This document shows, in pieces, positions 24,927-37,600 of a stretch of 64,000 nt of DNA. The DNA is from Nemertoderma westbladi (Eukaryota > Animalia > Xenacoelomorpha). The first letter of the stretch is position 1. Each line of letters starts with the position of its first letter. The notes below the pieces were generated by a model. That model searched no databases. It worked only from the letters and a program-made list of their open reading frames with translations, and had not been told where the DNA came from. Position numbers and translations under genes: made by a program. The stretch is taken from NCBI GenBank assembly GCA_032718475.1, contig JAUCBJ010008544.1:1-64000 (forward strand). The letters run 5' to 3'.

Positions 24927-25228
24927 GGTACTATGTACCCTCTTACTCCCGTGGTATGTCTCTATACCACACTCCCTGATCTCTAACTTCTACCTCTCCC
25001 GGTACTATGTACCCTCTTACTCCCGTGGTATGTCTCTATACCACACTCCCTGATCTCTAACTTCTACCTTTCCCGGTACTATGTACCCTCTTACTCCCGT
25101 GGTATGTCTCTATACCACACTCCCTGATCTCTAACTTCTACCTCTCCCGGTACTATGTACCCTCTTACTCCCGTGGTAGTCTCTATACCACACTCCCTGA
25201 TCTCTAACTTCTACCTCTCCCGGTACTA
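24927..25228. repeat. 74-bp tandem repeat x4 in the 3' non-coding region of element A
   Basis: ggtactatgtaccctcttactcccgtggtatgtctctataccac... starts at 24927, 25001, 25075 and 25149. Confidence 0.9.
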
Positions 25229-25542
25229 ACTTCTATCAACTTTCTAACTATTTCTAACTTTCGCTAGTTTTCCAATTACTACTAACTTTCTAACTACAAC
25301 TAACTTCTGCTAACTTTCTATCTACTACTAACTTTCTAACTACAACTAACTTCTGCTAACTTTCTATCTACTACTTAGTACTACATACTACCTACTATTA
25401 TCACTTTCTGACTTTCTCCTCTTTAACTTTCTTTCTATTATTTTATTTATTTTATTATTTTTATTATTTTTATATATTGTGTGGGAAGGGCGTCTCGCCC
25501 TCATTCCCACCCCCCTCAGTCCAATACTTGGACGACTAAACT

Positions 25543-28452
25543 CTACGGTGCCCCTTCTAGCAGGCAGCACTTTCCTACAGCCCTCCTGTAGGTCTTCCTA
25601 TCTTTCGCTCCTATCTTACCACCTATCCGCACTTCCACCGATTGGACTCTTCCGTCCTCGTCGGAGTAAGTGTCCACTACTCTTGCCAATCTCCATTGAT
25701 TGTTAATGATGGTGTCGTCCGTGACGATCACCAAATCACCCTTCTTTAACTCCCCAGTGGTATTTCTCCCCTTGCTCCTCCTATGAAGTGTGGGTAGATA
25801 TTCCTCGACCCACCTCCTCCAGTATTCCGCGCTTATCGCCTTAGCGACTTTCCAACTCTGTCGGGAGTGTATATCGTCTGGATCTACACCCCGCATGTCG
25901 ATGGTCGCCAGCCTCTCCATTAGAAAGTGACTGGGTGTCAGCACATCTAATGACTCTGGGTCATCATTTTCTGGGTATAGCGGTCTGCTATTAATGATAC
26001 CCTCGCATTTAGCTATCACCGTCCTTAGCACATCTTCTGTCACCATGTGGGTGTTCATCAACTTCGTCATCAGATGCTTGGAACTACCCACGAGTGTCTT
26101 GACGCATCCTAAAGTATGCGGAGCATACGGCGTCCTCCTCTCCCACTTCACCTGTCGTCTTCTCATGGCCTGACTTCTCATGCCCTGACTTCCTCCCCTT
26201 CCAGGATGTCCAAGGCCTCTGCCAGCTCGTTCTCCGCCCCCACAAAGTTGGTTCCATTATCGGAGTATATTACTGCGATCGTCCCACCTTTGCGGTCTCT
26301 GAACCTCTCTAGGATGAACGCATTGATGAATGCCGATGCGGTTGCGTCTTGGGCGAGTTCTATTCCTACCGCCCACGTGTTGTTACATACGAAGATAATG
26401 CCGTAGCGCTTCTCCGTGTGCCGCATCACCTTAATCTTTATCGGCCCGAACATATCTACACCGCAGTGCGTGAATGGCGGGTCGTGCTGTCTCACCCTGC
26501 TGGCCGGTAATGGCGCCATCTCCTGTACGGCCCGCTCCTTCCTCGTCCGTCGGCAGGTCTGGCACTGCCCCACTACCGCCTTCACCTTCTTTCTTAGTTG
26601 TGTGATCCAGAAGGTCCTCCGTATCTCTGTGAGGGTCCGGTTGGTGCCCCCGTGCAATATCGACTTGTGGGAGTCCCAAATGATCTGGTGGACTATCGGC
26701 GATCTATTTGGGATGATGATGGGTTTCGGTGGAATAATGAGGCTGTTGTTATTTAGCACTCTGGAGTTCATTACTAAGATCCCATCGTCGTTGAGTTGTA
26801 GCGACAGCGTGATGAGCTCGCTGTCCCGACGAAGATGTTGTTGTTTACCAACGCGCTGCATTTCGTCGCCGTAGTTCTTTCTCTGTTCGTAACGGATCAC
26901 GGGCTTGGCCGCTCCCTCCAGATCGATGTTTGGTTTCTTCTTGGTGTCTTTGCCGACTCCCTTGAGGAAACCCCCAAAGGCTCTCCAGTACGCCACTAAC
27001 TTCTTGGTCTTGTACCAACTTGAGCTGTAGCTGAGGAGTTTGTCCGTCGGGTTATCACATGGTTCTTCTGGTTTTTGTTGCACGTCCCTGATCTCCCTCA
27101 CCATCTGACTATATATCTCTTCACCTTCTGAGTCTCCTCCCTCTTCCTCTAGTGTTACCTCCTCTGAGCCTGGGTCCACCTTCTTCATCGGTGGCCAGGC
27201 CGTCTTATCGTTCAGGAACTGTGGCCCGTGCTGCCACAATACTTCCTTCCTTAAGAAAGTGTGGCGTGCCACGCCCCTTGATAACAAGTCCGCTGGGTTC
27301 TCGTCCGTTGGGCAGTAGTGCCACCTCTCCAAGTCTGTCGTCGCCCTTATTTCGTCCACCCTATTTGCGACGAATATAGGGTATCTCGTCTTCTCATTGT
27401 GTAGCCAACCAAGCACTACCATGGAGTCCGTCCAGTAGTGTGTTTCCACTATGTTGGGAATGGTGTCCATCAAGTAGGTTATGGCCCTTACTCCTAACCT
27501 CCCAGCTGTCAACTCGAGTTTTGGGACCGATGCTGAATCTTCCGGTGTCGACTTTGCTTTGCTGAATGCAAGTCTGGGCTTATGAGCCCCCTCTTGTTGT
27601 ACTAGGTAGAGTGCCGCTCCGTATGCTTCTAATGATGCATCGGAGAACATGTGTAGATCCAGAACCGTCATGTCCCCATACGGGAAATACACGCGTGGCA
27701 TGCTGTACATCCCCATCTGTTCTAAACTCCCCGTCCACTTACTCCACTGCTTGCTGATTTCTTCCGGGACCTCTGTATCCCACTCGTCCTTTAACTTATA
27801 TACTTTCTTAAGTATCTGTTTCCCCGTAACTAATAGTGGGGATGCTGGCCTAGGGGATCGTATATCCTTGCTATGTACGATACATAGCCCCTCTTTGTGT
27901 GGATGTCCGCGCCCTCCTGGCTCAGCTGGTACTTGAACTCGTCTGTCTCTCGGTTCCACACGATACCCAACGCCTTCTGCTGGGACTCTACTCTCTTGTT
28001 CGCCATGTCCTGTCCCTTGGCTGTCGTGGGATTATCCATGGTTGACTCTGGCCTCCTGTCCTCTATGGCTCTCATAAACTCTTCCGAGCTGGACTGGAAC
28101 TTGGTCAGGTTAAACCCGGATCCTTTCAGGATGTCGCGAACCTCGCACCCTGTATCCAGTAGTTCTTTAACCGTGTTTCCAGACTCCATCCCGTCATCTA
28201 CATAGAAGCCGCGTCGAATCATATCGACGGGTTTGGCGCTGTATCTCTCCTCTTTCCCCTCTACTGTGTCCCTCACAGCCACAGTCATCGTAAATGAGGA
28301 CGACTTGGCCCCCATATTCTGCACCACCATCTTGTACATCGGTATTGTCGACGGTTCCTCGTCGCTGTTGTACCATAGGAAGCGCTGGCTGTCACTATCC
28401 TCCTCCATTACACGGACTTGGTTGAACATGCCTTCAATGTCGCAAGTGAAGG
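25543..28452 (-). pseudogene. Element A pol, C-terminal part (RT C-half, RNase H, integrase); disrupted
   Basis: FYVDDG, FSDASLEAYG, YWTDS, NPADLLSRG, H..H...C..C, GVDMFGP, YSDNGTNFVG, INSRPL...LTPSHFL, WRRWVEEYL; split by a frameshift (~27900) and a stop/frameshift (~26180). Confidence 0.9.
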
Positions 28453-28590
28453 TGATGAATTATTTCACTATAAGGTAGCATTTGTAGTTTAACTTTAACG
28501 TAAAAACTTTTGAAAATCCGACGTATTTTGATTAAGTTACAGTAATGTAATATGCCTATTCATATTTGTACACATAAAACCCTTAGGTAC

Positions 28591-28665
28591 TCTCGTGGCG
28601 TAGTGGTCAGATGGTTAAGGCGTTGGTTACATTACGTAGGTTACGAGTTCGAATCCCAGTCGGGA
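28591..28665 (+). ncRNA. tRNA-like Pol III unit inside the 5' LTR of element B
   Basis: A-box-like TGGCGTAGTGG (28596-28606), B box GAGTTCGAATCCC (28645-28657), terminal pairing tctcg/cggga, TTTT at 28674-28677; the anticodon arm is not canonical. Confidence 0.55.
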
Positions 28666-28711
28666 AATTTGTATTTTGGGGCCATTTATTTTCGTGTGTT
28701 GCTAATTGGTA

Positions 28712-28985
28712 GGCCAATGAGAAGCGTACAGCGTAGCGAATGATGAGCCAGGCCAATCATAGGGCATAAATTATCTTATTGCTCAAATGTGAGGCAGTGG
28801 AAAATTCTGTTAGGATTCCATGTCCCAGATTAGTGTAAGGGCTGGACTGCGTTGAACGATGAGCTGGGCCAATCATAGAGCACCGAAGCACTTCATTGCT
28901 CAATGGTGAAGCTGTGGAAAATTCTGTTTAGTTTCCATGTGCAATTTCTAGTATAAAAGGCCGGTTTGCCTTCGGTTATCACACT
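28712..28985 (+). promoter_or_regulatory. Pol II promoter of the element B LTR: three CCAAT boxes (two in a ~116-bp duplicated module) and TATAAAA
   Basis: gccaatgag (~28713), gccaatcatagggca (~28752), gccaatcatagagca (~28868), tataaaagg (~28953). Confidence 0.6.
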
Positions 28986-31634
28986 CTCTGTTATCATCCT
29001 GATATCGTTTATTCTTGTAAAATTAGTTAATTCGGTTTCTTGTTGAAACTTTATTTGATAAATCCTTTTGTAAAACTGTAAATATACTGCAATTTCCTGA
29101 CATGTTTTCTTTTGGTCCGACTTCGGGACAGCCGAACACCAGGGAGATGGCAGCCTAGATCGTTAGGCCGTAAGCAACGCAGGGAAGGGATGTCCACAAC
29201 ACGCTAGCGCCCACATTGGATCGACCGCGCACCCCCTTTGCCCCTTCGAAATGCTCAACTTGCTATGCAGCGCCCGCTTTGTGAGAAGGTAAGACTTTGT
29301 TCGACGCCCTTGCCCGCCGTAAGACCTATAGATCAGGGTAAGCGTGACACCGTACTGGACGCCGCAAATTTAGGATCAAATAATTATATCCAGACACCCC
29401 CCCCCCCCTTTGTCAGTCCTACGAATCCCTGGGTTAACCTGTACTTCCTACAGGTGCGAACTATTGCCATTCGTCAGTACGCGAGTACATATTAGGTACG
29501 GACAGCATACGTTCCATAATTTAGTGATTCATAGCACTGACTGTTTGGTACCGGTTCGCTTTGTAGAACGTACATTAGTACCCCCCCCCCCCCTGTCTGG
29601 AGTTAGCTATTTGATCAGGCAAGGAGCATTTCTGCTACCGGCACACTGCTTGGCCTAGGGAGGTTTATTAATATCCTACCGCGCCTTGCCACGTACTGAT
29701 AGGTATTGCTGCTAACTACCGCAGCAACAAAGTTCTAGAATTAAATTAGTATACCAGATCAGCTAACGTACGGTAGCGATTAACCCCTATTCTTATCTTA
29801 CAACCAGAATCTGGTATTAGTGCCGATCACGGGTGTAGTTACTAACACTGTGGTTGCCCATTGGGTTGTGGATAGGAAGGAGAGAGCTTTGACGTCATTC
29901 GTGAGTATAAAGTTCTACAAACGCGACTAGTTTATTTTAGTAGCTAGCGCACGGTATCATTTAGTCAGAAAATCACTAAAACCTAGTAAAAGGAATTACA
30001 CGAAATTGTTTTATTTGTAACACACCCACACACACACGCCCTAAAACATATCGCCCTTAAAGTTCTACTAGCTATAGCGTACTATACATTACTTTAGGTG
30101 GAAATTATCTGTATTTGTAAAATTAGGATCTGATTTAGTTGCGGCAAGATAAGGAGTATTTCACTTTCGTTATTAAACTGTTGTTTGTCTGGACAACGGT
30201 ATTGTTACATTTAGGCCTGACCTTTTAGACTGATTTCGTACAGGGGGATCAGTTATTGTTACATTTAGGCACGACCTTTAGGCTGATTTCGACAGGGATG
30301 ATCAGCATTGTTACACTAGGTCTGTTAACCACCTAGTTCGTATATAACCCATATAAATCACACCGCGGCAAGTTACTGTATTTAGGACTGTCAGTGATAG
30401 TTAGGATTCGCTGCGCGGGGATTGTTTTCCCGTGAGTTTGGTCTGTTACTGTAACTGTACATCTGCCTCACCGGTTAGAGGACAGGTATCCTTCTGTCTA
30501 GTACGTAGGCATTAGACCCGCTCACGTACATAGAATAGATACAAGGCTCTGTTCCTCGCCAGTAGTCGTTTGTGTACTATATCTGTTTGTTTAGATATCC
30601 TGGACTGGGATTTGTTGTCAGATACTGTACAAGCCCGTATACATTACTAGAGTCTCATAGTAAGATACATCGTTACTAGGATCTGGTAAGCGGTATACTA
30701 CTGGACCCTTACAGTAGGAAGTATATTATACAAATTCTGAAATTAGTGTATAGTATAGTTTAGATCTGCTAGCTATTGTAAGTAGGAGATATTTAAAAAT
30801 TTAAGGTTAGTAAATTTAGTAATTTAGAACGTCCCCTGCTTCAGTAGGCTTTTAGGGTAGCTAGTACTTTCGTATTTAATATTTGACTAGCTAACAGTTA
30901 GTTTGTAGCACTTTGTTTTACGCCGTGTGTGTGCGGTGTTACTTTTCGGTACTTGAAAAGGTACATAGGGTTTAAAGACCAATTTGTATCGGTACCTAGG
31001 AAGATTTTTCGTAAGCGTAGAAGTAAAACTCTCACCTTCGACCTTTTCAGGACTCAAGGACTCATTTCTGGACCGCTTCGAGGATTAGACCGCTTTTCGC
31101 AAAGTTTGGGAGACAATAAATTCGTCCGCGCCGCCGAAAAACGGAAAGACCCACGTCCGGTTTGTATTTGGGAATTTGTACGACTGGAAGATCAAAGGAA
31201 CGTAAGTTTTACGACTCGCGTCGTTCAAACTTAAGAAAGCACAGTAGTACTCAAAATTTGTGGGTTTCACTGTCTATTAGTAGTGTTGTTGGTACTTATT
31301 TTCCCGTTAGACGTTGCTGTTTGGCCTATTGTTTATACTTGTTGATCTACATTTTGTTAACGTATATCGTTATCTCACTTATTCGTACAAATTTAGCCGG
31401 TAGGCTAGATTACTACTTATTTTATTATATACCTTGTTAGTTTATTTGTACCGGTTAGGGTATATATATGATATATATATATATCAAGGTAAGTTTGACA
31501 TTTGTACATTTCGACATTTTGACATTTCGACATTCTGACTTGTTGATTTATTTGTACCGGTTAGGTAAGTTTAACACTTCAACATTCAGACACTTTGACA
31601 TTTTATTATCCGTACTTGACGTATATAATAAGAC

Positions 31635-34600
31635 ATGAGTGACATACCCCATTCGACGAGATACCCACCTACCGACTATGACTCGTGCGACCCGGACAGA
31701 TCGACAGTAGACGAACCGAGAAGGAGAACCCGAGATTCCACCGATGTCACACCGCTTGCGTCGCCGGTACCCCGAACGGAAATACCGGAAACCGCAACGC
31801 GTGGCGACGGCAGAATCGAAGATTTCCTTACCGTCCCGCAGACTAGATCGCGGGAACCGGACATGGTAAGTTCGACTGGAAGCCAGGAGAACGTTATTAG
31901 AAGTATAGGAGGACACATGGCCCAGATTACTCGGAACCTCGGAGAAGGTTTTCGCGTTTTACGCGAGTTAACCGCCCCGATGTCGAGATACGAGTTCTAC
32001 ACCTTACAGGTAAGGATAGAAAGTAGGGTACATGCCTCCGTAGATAAACTTAAAGGTTTGCACGAACTTGCAGAGTTGCGTGGCGACAACTTTACTCAGG
32101 TAAAGATAGTAGATAAATTGGTAAGTGCGAGAGAAAGCCTTATCCAGTTTAAGTCGGTGATAAGATTGGCTCAACAGGAGCAGTTTGACCAACTGCTAGG
32201 TGAGTCAGTTTCGGACGCGTTGTTACAACCCGAAGAGGAAGAAGAACTCTACTGCCTGGACGGAAGGTTGGAAACGCTGACCAATTTTCTTCGTAGATGC
32301 GGCGTACCGATCGACGAACCGGAAGTCGAACCACGAGGGACGACGGAAGTTCTCACTACGGAAGGCTCGCGAGCCTACCAACATCCACCACTGGATAGAT
32401 CGTTCGTTAGCGTACGGAGCGACGTTGGCAACGTTGGCGACGTTAGTAGAACAGCGTCTGGAATTACTCGACAACAACAGGAGGTTGCACGCCGACAACA
32501 AGTCGCCGAGGAAGAAGCGCGACACCAGATGGCACAGATCGCCATCGAAGGAGAGAAACAACATAGAGAGGACGAGGCAAGAATTGCACAACTCAAGGCG
32601 CAAGCCGAATTCGAAGCTTCGGAAATGCGCAGACTGGAGGAGGACTTAGCGCGAGAAGCGGCGGCAGCAGCCGACGAGTTAGCACGGAAGAAAGCAGCAT
32701 CCGATGCTCGTGCCAAGTTGGAGGCGCGACAAATAAACGCACGATTAGCTATACAGGAAGCGGAATTAGCGGCACAACAACAAGTAGCGGATCGACGCGA
32801 AAGGGAGATGCAACTACAGTTCGAATTGAATCGTAGATCGCGTGAGACAGCGAACGCGCAAGCGGACCTCGAACTCGACGCGAGAGATAGATCTATAAGA
32901 TCGCGAACTGGACACGACTTGTCTGCCCTGGATCGTATGGAAGCTCGATATCGCGGAATACAGAAGCGGATCGAGGAAGGAAGTGTGGGAGCGATAGATC
33001 GAGGAGAGGAGTTCGTCGAGGATTACTGTAAACGTTTTCCCCAAGTTATTCCTATGCTCAAACCCACGACTCCGATAAAACCGGTCTTCGTTACGAAACC
33101 TAAGGAAATAACGCCTGTGCGTTCGACGCAAGGCAACAGGTTTGTTGTGACGGAATTACCGCAACCTAGGGCGACTTCATCGCCAATTTTAGCAGGTAAC
33201 ATAACTAGTCCACCTACAGTAAGTCGTAGTCTACTTGTAGGAAGAGAGGAACCTGCGTTTATGACCATTAAACAGGTGAGTAAACCATTACAAGTTAAAC
33301 CTGTGACGTGCTGCGCGAACCCAGTCATTTATAAACCTACAGTAGACCTTAACCCTGATGTTTTTACTAGACCTCTCACCCAATGTTTAACGAGACCTAC
33401 GACTTCGTGGAAGGCTTGCGAGCCTGCCGAACAACGGAGAGCCGTAGATCTCAGATCACAACGAACTCGACCAAGGATAATACGCCGGACGCGAACCCGC
33501 CAACCACCTTATCCGGACGACAGCGATTCATCCAGTGACTTGGAGTCGACGGAACGGGAAATATTCCGTACTGGAGCGGCAGCGGCAGCGGATTACAAAC
33601 GGGAGGAACGATCGACGAACCCCTATATTGACAATCCTCCACGAGAAACACCCCAACAGAAACCCACGTTGCAACCAGCGGAAACGATCAGCGCCAAACA
33701 GTTCACCGAGATGACGGACAGAATAGCTCAACTCGAAGAACGACTCGAAGCGCAACCGTCGGATCGATCTCGAACCAGCGTGGAGTTGGAACAACCTAGA
33801 CAACATCGACCACCGAGGAGAGAACAGGAGACTAGACGGACTCCGACACATCGAGAAGATGATCCCGTTAATAATTCCTACCGACGAACAACGCGCGGAA
33901 GGGAGCGACTGGACGACGCCGCCGAACAGGGACGCGGACAGTTGGATTTAGTTAGCGAGATTGCGAAATTCGCGGCTAGACACGGATTACCGGCACAGCA
34001 ACCGCCGAAGTTCTCTGGCAACGCGAAACACTGGCGCACACTGGTAGACTACGTAGAGTCCCAGATCGCTAAGTGTGCTTTCACCTCGACGGAGAAGTTT
34101 AACTACTTGCTCCAAGTTCTGTCTGGTGAGCCGAAACGATTAGCGGAAACCTTTATTGGTGTTCCCGATGCCTTTGAGTTGGCGTACGACCGTTTGTATT
34201 CGATTTACGGCGGTAATGTCGCCATGGCTAAATCCATCATTGAAGACCTCTGCAGAGGAGGCAACATTTCGAGACCGATCGACCTTTTACGACTCGCGGA
34301 CGAAATAAAGAACGCTATAGGGACTTTACGGTCCATTGGACAACTCGAGTACGCTAACGCACCGACGGTTCTCATTCGAATAATCGGTCGACTTCATCAT
34401 CGACTACGACGAGAATGGCGACGCATCGAGTACCAACGCGAAGAGGCCGGAGGGTTATTAAAACTCACCGATGTCTATCAACTTATTTCACGGGAGGCCG
34501 TGATCGAGACTCGATCGAACTATACCGATCACCATATCGCGGCGGAAGGGATAACTGTTTCTGCGCCGAATCGGACAAAACCATTTCCGACGAACGCGAA

Positions 34601-37600
34601 AGCCGTTACTTACGCCACCCCTACTGAGACTTCTAAAGTTCTGACGCCTATCGGCACCACGCAGCCACGACAACAGTTGCCGGCGGACTTTGTGGGATGC
34701 TCATACTGCGAGCGGAACGGCAGAAACCATAGCGGACATAAACTACGTGGATGTCGCGCTTTTAAAGAGTTAGGGATCGAGGAAAGGAGACTCCAAATCC
34801 GATCTCTAGATTCCTGTTGGAGATGTATGAAGCCAGGACACGTCCGGAAGGATTGCCCGAGCGACGATACATGTTCTTTGTGTGGACGTAACCATGACGC
34901 GTTGCTTCACACAACCAGTCATACTCCGACCAGACGCTTTCGACGAGAGCATCCAGATAAAGCGGCTAGATGCGACGCGCTTTATAAGGAGCGTGCGCCG
35001 CGCGAGATCCGTACCTTTTATACCGACTGTATGGATCAGTCAGGATCATCGGACGAGGACGAGGAGGAAGACGACACTTTCTACGTGCATGCAGGTGAGG
35101 AACAGCCATCGATAACGCTCCTCACACAGAACCAATTGAAAGGGTTTAGCGTGATTCCTATAAAGATTACCGGAACCCGAGGGAGCAAGCGTATATACGC
35201 CATCTTAGACTCTGCGTCATCGCATAGCTATGTCGACGAACAAGTAGCCGACGTAGTTACGGACTTGAGTCAAGGTAAGACTGCTCAGTATACTGTAAGC
35301 AGCATGCATGGTAAGAGAGCGATTCCTGTGACGAGAGTAAAACTAACCTTAGACACTCTTCTTTCCAAAGCGGAACACAGCAAGGAGGAGCGCTCATTAC
35401 TTCCGGTAAGAAATTTGACCTTTGCAGCTACGAAGGACTTTAGTAACTTGCTCGGCCCTGTGCCAGAGCAATCACCGGAAGATCGTAAGTATTTCCGACA
35501 CCTTGGAATACCGGAATGTCCTGTCAATTATCGTTCCATTGCGATGTTAATTGGGACAGACCAGTTTAACTTACATCAGGTATGGGAGACACGCCCATCT
35601 GTTATTACAGCAGGCAACCCCTACGCATGTAGAACTCCCATAGGTTGGTATACTAGAGCACCAATACGTTCACTAGAGGTAAGTGACCAGGAGGACGACG
35701 TTTTGAGTACGTGTAGTTTATTGACTAACACGATAGATAATTCTCCTTCACACTCCTGTGGTCCAATTGTACGGACGGCACTACGACAGACTTGCGTCAC
35801 TAACGCGGACGCCACCGATACTGACGTAACCGATCTGGACACGACCATACGGACCTCTGACTTACAACTACTTGCAGTAGACCAGGTTGTATTGACTACT
35901 GAAGACCTGAGGGTTGTTGCTGTGGATGACTCGATGAACGAGGATTTTGGAAGGCTTGCGAGCCTACCGAAAAATCCGAAGGTCATTGACCCCACCCACC
36001 AGGCTTCGACACCGGTCGTTGATCTTGGAAGGCTTGCGAGCCTACCGATAGATCAAGAAGTTGTCAAACCGCCGCACGACAATTCGACGCCGACTAGTGA
36101 CACCGGAAGGCTTGCGAGCCTACCAGACACATTGACACTAGCCACCGCAGCGGACGAAGACGTGGACGAGGACCATGGCGCAGTGCAAGCAGCGTTTGAC
36201 CGACTGCTGACTGAACGGACCATACAATGGTTGGAACAGGACTCAGCAGAACCCGGTAGTTACGAGACCGCTATGTCAGAACAGGAAAAACGGTCATTAA
36301 ATATTATGAGAGATACCATTCGCCAGACTGCGAATGGCCACTATGAGGTTGGTATGTTGTGGCGCGATGGACAACCTAAGCTCGTTAACAATTACCCGCT
36401 TGCTTTGAGGCGACTCAAATCAATAAGGCAGCGATTGTTGCGAGACGAGACGGCCCATATGCAATACAACGCACAACTTCAGACGTATCTCCAAAAGGGA
36501 TACGCCATTAGGATGTTAAATCCTGAGGTAACTACAGACCAGACATATTACCTGCCACATCATTTTGTTCGACACCCGGACAAACCTGGCAAGGTGCGTG
36601 TAGTCAACGACTGCGCTGCGCTTTACCAAGGGATGTCTATGAACAGCGAACTGATGGACGGGCCGAATATGAATAATTACCTCATGGGAGTCCTAATGCG
36701 TTTTAGACAACGCAAAGTGGCTTTCACCTGTGACGTAGAGGCCATGTTTCACCAGGTTAAGGCTTTGGAGCGGGACAGGGACAGTTTGAGGTTTCTTTGG
36801 TATCCGGACGGAAACTTACAACTTCCGCCAGAAACTTACCAAATGCAGGTAAGAGTATTCGGAGCCAGGGACAGCCCCAACTGCACCATGTACGCATTGA
36901 AGCAGACAGCATTGGACAGACGAGACCAATTTGACCCAGAAGTAGTTCGGACCGTGGAACGAGATTTCTACGTGGATGACGGCCTCAAGAGTTGTGACAC
37001 CTTGGAGCGCGCTACAACCGTAGCACACCAACTCCAGGATTGTCTCGCTGAGGGCGGATTTCACCTGACGAAGTTCGCTTCCAACGAACCCGAACTGGTG
37101 AACTCATTTGACCCGACGGATCGTAGCGGAGGTGACTTGGACTTAGACCTAGAACCTCTGCCGACGACCAAAGTATTAGGACTTAGTTGGGACCCTAACA
37201 CCGACAATTTTAGGGTACGTGTAAGGTCCAACGACCAGACTAGACCTCTCACTAAGAGGACTTGCTTATCGACTATGAGTCGATTGTATGACCCATTGTG
37301 TTTCATTAGTCCAGTGATCCTACATGCCAGGATCATACTCCGCAGCATTTGGCAAGCCGGACTGGAATGGGACGATCCCATCCCAGAAAAGTTAGCTGAG
37401 CGATGGAGGGACTGGGAAGCCCAACTGACGTTCCTACAAGACTATACCATACCGAGGGTATACTTTCCTTTACAAACCACCTTTCCTGCCGATTTAGAGC
37501 TTCACAGCTTTAGTGACGCTAGCAAGGATGGATTGGGGGTTACTTTATACCTTAGACGACAAGTGACATCGGACAGCTACGATGTGTCTCTCGTTACTTC

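Larger units (their letters stand above)
28453..30713 (+). repeat. 5' LTR of element B (2261 bp)
   Basis: tgatgaattatttc...ggacccttaca; repeated at 45708-47970. Confidence 0.97.

Noticed and set aside
28591-28665. LTR tRNA-like unit as the element's RT primer or as a true tRNA
   Set aside because: No complementarity to the PBS GTAGGAAGTATA and no canonical anticodon arm.
35949-36124. Repeat-spacer triplet as CRISPR
   Set aside because: Only three 20-nt repeats inside an in-frame retrotransposon ORF, related spacers, no cas genes; reported as an RNA motif instead.
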